From Nostoc sp. (GTDB lineage: Bacteria; Cyanobacteriota; Cyanobacteriia; Cyanobacteriales; Nostocaceae), in assembly GCA_036918135.1 (NCBI GenBank), contig JBALDB010000036.1, forward strand, positions 31,773-95,772: a DNA stretch of 64,000 bases, in the 5' to 3' direction. This document shows, one piece after another, positions 59,866 to 64,000 of the stretch (the first letter of the stretch is position 1; every line of letters begins with the position of its first letter). The notes beneath the pieces are model-generated. The model was not told where the DNA came from, searched no databases, and saw only the letters and a list, made by a program, of their open reading frames with translations. Position numbers and translations under genes: made by a program.

Positions 59866-60084
59866 ATGGCACTATCTCAACAAACCGTTCAAGAGTTTTT
59901 TAAATCCTTAGATTCCGATCGAGATGGAGAACTATCCAGTGATGAGTTGATGGGAAATATCGGTTTGAGCCCCTTAATCATAGGATTGACAAATGGCAAG
60001 ATACATGAGCATTTCAACCAAGACCGAACCATTACTTTTGAACAGCTCAAGCAATTAATTCAAGAAGCAGGGAATCTAGAATAA
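59866..60084 (+). CDS. small EF-hand protein
   Basis: 72 aa from ATG 59866; canonical loop DSDRDGELSSDE and a degenerate second loop (NQDRTITFEQ). Confidence 0.75.
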   Translation: MALSQQTVQEFFKSLDSDRDGELSSDELMGNIGLSPLIIGLTNGKIHEHFNQDRTITFEQLKQLIQEAGNLE

Positions 60085-60350
60085 TAGTAAAAAATACTTG
60101 TCCAGGTTTTAATTTTAGCTAATTGTAGTTTGTTACAGCTAAATATTGCCTAATTCTGATTTATCTATAGCCCTAGTAGCCGTCGAAGCTGTCTAGGGCT
60201 TTAGTGCGATGAATACAAAAACTACCCTCAACCCCCAACCCCTTCTGGCAATATTGCTAGAAGGAGATTAAACCTCAAAGTCCCTCTCCTAAACTTGGGA
60301 GAGGGATCTTGATTCATGCAAGAAGTCTAATAAATATTAATACTCAGTAG

Positions 60351-60490
60351 TATAGTAGGTCGGTGTGAATATTTATTGTTGGGATAAGGCAGTGTTTCGA
60401 CTACGCTCAACAATTAGGTAGGGGAGAAGAGGGTTTGAGTCTATTTAATTTTTATTAATATAGTTTGGTTTTTTCACATCGTTATACTTA
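60351..60490. mobile_element. degenerate MITE-like element
   Basis: Imperfect inverted ends TAGTAGGTCGGTGTGAA / TTCACATCGTTATACTTA. Confidence 0.45.
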
Positions 60491-60839
60491 TAGTTCTATA
60501 ACTACTCAGAAAAAGTAATGAATTTATATCTGTTAAAAATATTACATATTTTATAGAAACTCAGGCAAATACAACGCATTCATTTATTTAAACAGTTTTT
60601 GCAAGACAATCATCAAAACACTGAGTAAAAGTAAGAAAAGTAAGAAAAGTCGATAATTTATATAAAGTATTTACTATCAAGCTGATATAGTGTAATTTAA
60701 TTTATTAGAGTTCTAATGAATTCTCTAAAAATTAAATTTAACTGTATTAAAAATTACTATTAATACTATATTTATTTTCTATTAAATGTCAAAAATATTA
60801 CTATTTAATACTTAATTAGAAGAAAGGCTCAAAGAAAAA

Positions 60840-61145
60840 ATGTATCAAATAAAACAATACAAACGTAAACGCAAACGAGGAGTTGTACTAACTTCCACTG
60901 GAATTAAACGCTTACACTCAGCAATTCTTTCTGTAGAGATAGCAGAAAATAAAGGCGAACATTTGAGTCTAGAACAACTAAGCTCGCGGATTCATGTTTC
61001 TACTAAAACTTTGAGTAAATTATGGTCTTTAAGTGGAAATGTAGACCAAAAAACTTTAAAACTCTGCTTTAGTGCCTTTAATCTGGAGCTACACAGCGAA
61101 GACTACACTAGCGTCGATGAAGCAAATGAACCTTGCTCTCACTAA
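60840..61145 (+). CDS. stand-alone XRE-like HTH protein (possibly a truncated N-terminus of a larger STAND protein)
   Basis: KRKRGVVLT..G.KRL...LSLEQLS.RI.VSTKTLSKL....VDQKTL..CFSAFNLEL. Confidence 0.65.
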   Translation: MYQIKQYKRKRKRGVVLTSTGIKRLHSAILSVEIAENKGEHLSLEQLSSRIHVSTKTLSKLWSLSGNVDQKTLKLCFSAFNLELHSEDYTSVDEANEPCSH

Positions 61146-61372
61146 GCCAGTTAGGTATGATGCAAGCTAGTTTCAGTGACACCAAAAACTTTACTCTGAT
61201 GTAAATATAATTAGGTCTGATTGGACTACTCTGCATTTCCCATTTCAATCATAGTATAAATACTTAAAAACCGCCATAAATTTCGTCTCTGCTATGCCTA
61301 AAGATACAAGCTTTTAATAGTAGTTTATGTGAACCTCAATTGGGGAAAGTAGTTATCTTTTAATCAGGGATT

Positions 61373-63715
61373 ATGCCGCAATACTTTGGACAACTGCACA
61401 CAACCGAGTCGTCTTGGTCAATGCTGGGAGCAGTAGAAGCAATACAACAAGATGAGCGTCATATCCTGCTCAAATGCGGCGTTCCCTGTGTGAAGATTAG
61501 TGTCTTGGCACCGAACTTAATTCGGGTACGGATGACACCAAGTGGGGAATTTTTACCCAGGCGCTCCTGGGCAGTAGCACAAGCGGATGAAGAATGGTCA
61601 AAAGTGCCGTTTGAGGTACAAGAAAAAGCAGAGACTATAGAAATTACAACCGAACAAATATCTATTGTCGTCTCCCGCGACCCTTGCCGTATCCAGTGCT
61701 TTGACTCAGCAGGACAGCCTTTTGCTGAGGATGCAGACATGGGGATGGGGTGGCGGACTGGTGCGATCGCTGGGTGGAAACGCATAGAAACTGAGGAACA
61801 TTTCTATGGTTTTGGCGAATCTACTGGTTTGCTCGATCAGCGCTCAAAAGTAAGAACCAATTGGACAACTGATGCGCTCGATTATGGGGTCTTGACAGAT
61901 AATATGTATCAGTCGATTCCCTTTTTTATTGCCCTCCGTCCGGGATTGGGCTACGGACTTTTTTTTAATACTACTTTTTGGAGCAGATTCGATCTGGGCG
62001 CACAGCAACCTGGAGTCTGGCGGATGGAAACTCAAGGAAGTGAACTCGATTACTACATTATTTATGGGCCTGAACCTGCAAAAATTCTTCATACTTACAC
62101 CCAGCTAACCGGACGGATGCCCTTACCACCTCGATGGTCATTAGGTTACCAGCAGTGTCGCTGGAGTTACGAATCACAAGATATAGTACACAAACTGGCG
62201 CGTGAATTTCGTCAACGGCAAATTCCCTGTGATGTTATCCATTTAGATATTGACTACATGAACGGCTACCGGGTTTTTACTTGGAGTCAGAAGCGATTTG
62301 CTAACCCTGAAGAACTAATCCAAAATCTCAAGCAAGACGGCTTTAAACTAGTAACAATTGTCGATCCGGGAGTCAAGTACGAGCCAGAAGCAGATTACAA
62401 AGTATTTGATCAAGGATTAAAGAACGATTATTTTATCCGTGAAACCAATGGTGAGCTATTTCACGGCTATGTTTGGCCTGACAAAGCTGTATTTCCTGAT
62501 TATCTACAACCAGAAGTTCGAGATTGGTGGGGAAGTTTACTAAGCAGCCTAACTGACATTGGTATTGCTGGCATCTGGAACGACATGAATGAACCTGCGC
62601 TAAACGATCGCCCGTTTGGTGACCCTGGTGACAAAATTGTCTTTCCTCTGGATGCACCGCAAGGGCCGACTGACGAAAAAACCACCCATGCTGAAACCCA
62701 TAACCTGTATGGGCTAATGATGGCACAGGCATCTTATCAAGCACTTGAAAGATACCGTCCCACAGAACGCTCTTTTTTGTTGACACGTTCTGGATTTGCT
62801 GGCGTTCAGCGTTGGTCAGCAGTATGGACAGGAGATAATCATTCTCTGTGGGAATACTTAGAAATGTCCATACCAATGCTCTGTAACTTGGGGTTGTCGG
62901 GCATTGCCTTTGTGGGTGCAGATATTGGGGGATTTGCAGGGAATGCGACGGCAGAACTGTTTGCTCGTTGGATGCAGCTAGGAATGCTTTACCCTTTGAT
63001 GCGGGGACATTCAGCCTTAACTACAGCACAGCACGAACCTTGGACATTTGGCGATCGCGTTGAAAAAATTTGCCGCGAGTATATTGAACTCCGTTACCAA
63101 CTACTGCCCTATATTTACACCCTTTTCTGGGAAGCCGCAACTACTGGCGCACCGATTGTGCGTCCTCTGCTCTATCATTTTCCCAATGACCCGAAGACTT
63201 TCACCCTCGCAGACCAACTAATGTTAGGTTCATCATTGCTAGCAGCACCAATTTATCGTCCGGGTGTTGAATATCGTGCTGTATATTTACCTGAAGGTCA
63301 GTGGTTTGACTGGTGGAGTGGTGAGGCTTTTACAGGCCCAACCCACATCTTGGCACACGCACCACTTGAGCAAATGCCATTATATGTGCGTGCTGGCTCG
63401 ATTATTCCCATGATACCAGTCATGCAATACGTAGATGAACGCCCCGTAGACCAGATGAGGCTACGGATTTGGCAGGGTATAGGTGAGTTTACCCTTTATG
63501 AAGATGACGGTCGTACTTTTGAATATAAAACAGGAGCCTTTTGCACAACAACTTACCGCGTTAATTCACAAGAGCAACGAACTATTGTTGAAATTGCAGC
63601 CAGAGAAGGAGAGTTTTCACCTACAACGCGTGAAATCATTGTGGAATTAGTCGGCGTTGGCGAACAAAGCTTTATCAATGACGGGACTGCACATCAGCTA
63701 GAGTTCTTCACTTAA
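61373..63715 (+). CDS. GH31 alpha-glucosidase
   Basis: GYQQCRWSY, LDIDYM, WNDMNEP, WTGDN, GADIGGF and YEDDG motifs. Confidence 0.95.
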   Translation: MPQYFGQLHTTESSWSMLGAVEAIQQDERHILLKCGVPCVKISVLAPNLIRVRMTPSGEFLPRRSWAVAQADEEWSKVPFEVQEKAETIEITTEQISIVVSRDPCRIQCFDSAGQPFAEDADMGMGWRTGAIAGWKRIETEEHFYGFGESTGLLDQRSKVRTNWTTDALDYGVLTDNMYQSIPFFIALRPGLGYGLFFNTTFWSRFDLGAQQPGVWRMETQGSELDYYIIYGPEPAKILHTYTQLTGRMPLPPRWSLGYQQCRWSYESQDIVHKLAREFRQRQIPCDVIHLDIDYMNGYRVFTWSQKRFANPEELIQNLKQDGFKLVTIVDPGVKYEPEADYKVFDQGLKNDYFIRETNGELFHGYVWPDKAVFPDYLQPEVRDWWGSLLSSLTDIGIAGIWNDMNEPALNDRPFGDPGDKIVFPLDAPQGPTDEKTTHAETHNLYGLMMAQASYQALERYRPTERSFLLTRSGFAGVQRWSAVWTGDNHSLWEYLEMSIPMLCNLGLSGIAFVGADIGGFAGNATAELFARWMQLGMLYPLMRGHSALTTAQHEPWTFGDRVEKICREYIELRYQLLPYIYTLFWEAATTGAPIVRPLLYHFPNDPKTFTLADQLMLGSSLLAAPIYRPGVEYRAVYLPEGQWFDWWSGEAFTGPTHILAHAPLEQMPLYVRAGSIIPMIPVMQYVDERPVDQMRLRIWQGIGEFTLYEDDGRTFEYKTGAFCTTTYRVNSQEQRTIVEIAAREGEFSPTTREIIVELVGVGEQSFINDGTAHQLEFFT

Positions 63716-64000
63716 TTCGACTGATTGGATCGTTAAACTGCAAACGGACACCTTGAGAAATCTGCTACTGGCGTGGGTACTGACACTGCCGATTTGCGTA
63801 CTCCTTAGTTCTGCTATATACGCGGGGGTTTGTACTTACTGGATTTTAGACTAAAAAAGAGCGATCGCTCATAGATTCAATTGATAGTTGCGATTGCTCC
63901 ATTATTACCCCTTTTCTGTCACTTTCCGAGTATTCTGAATAAAAGGATTAAAAGAAAAAACTCTCTTCAGGTAGGCAGGGCAATGGATGTAGAATTACAA

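Larger units (their letters stand above)
1..64000. repeat. HIP1 octamer GCGATCGC, highly iterated across the window
   Basis: Many occurrences in coding and non-coding DNA (e.g. near 127, 1221, 2801, 4491, 5534, 7621); not counted exactly. Confidence 0.95.

Noticed and set aside
1..64000. tRNA, rRNA, tmRNA or intact IS transposase genes
   Set aside because: No matching motifs or transposase ORFs were seen by eye; an Infernal or tRNAscan run would be needed to exclude them fully.

Overview
Chromosomal window from a heterocyst-forming filamentous cyanobacterium (Nostoc-like). This is supported by abundant HIP1 octamers (GCGATCGC), heptamer STRR tracts, hetP with a near-perfect HetR box, ntcB with a canonical NtcA promoter, and an OCP C-terminal-domain homolog. 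About 45 CDSs are present, and I saw no rRNA, tRNA, CRISPR array or intact transposase. The left 18 kb looks accessory: a pair of AAA-like (STAND-type) genes, a methyltransferase, an internally deleted emrA plus emrB, an orphan egtC-like gene, and a type I secretion locus (PPIase, cNMP/C39-like HlyB, HlyD). The most interesting candidate system is that secretion locus. Two tandem-duplicated PPC-domain genes without signal peptides precede it, and a ~280-bp non-coding cassette is duplicated upstream of both the putative cargo gene and the secretion operon. The locus also carries two different 21-bp tandem arrays and two HIP1-targeted micro-insertions. The rest is mostly core genes: ftsE, a partner-switching module, a queG-HAD fusion, ntcB and cnaT separated by amylase/DUF1003 genes, a serpin next to a subtilase, rpe, hetP with a probable nonsense truncation, GH116, an HTH-NB-ARC-WD40 protein, def, ftsX and GH31. 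Several MITE-like inverted-repeat elements are scattered through the window. All functional calls come from motif recognition by eye; no database searches were run.
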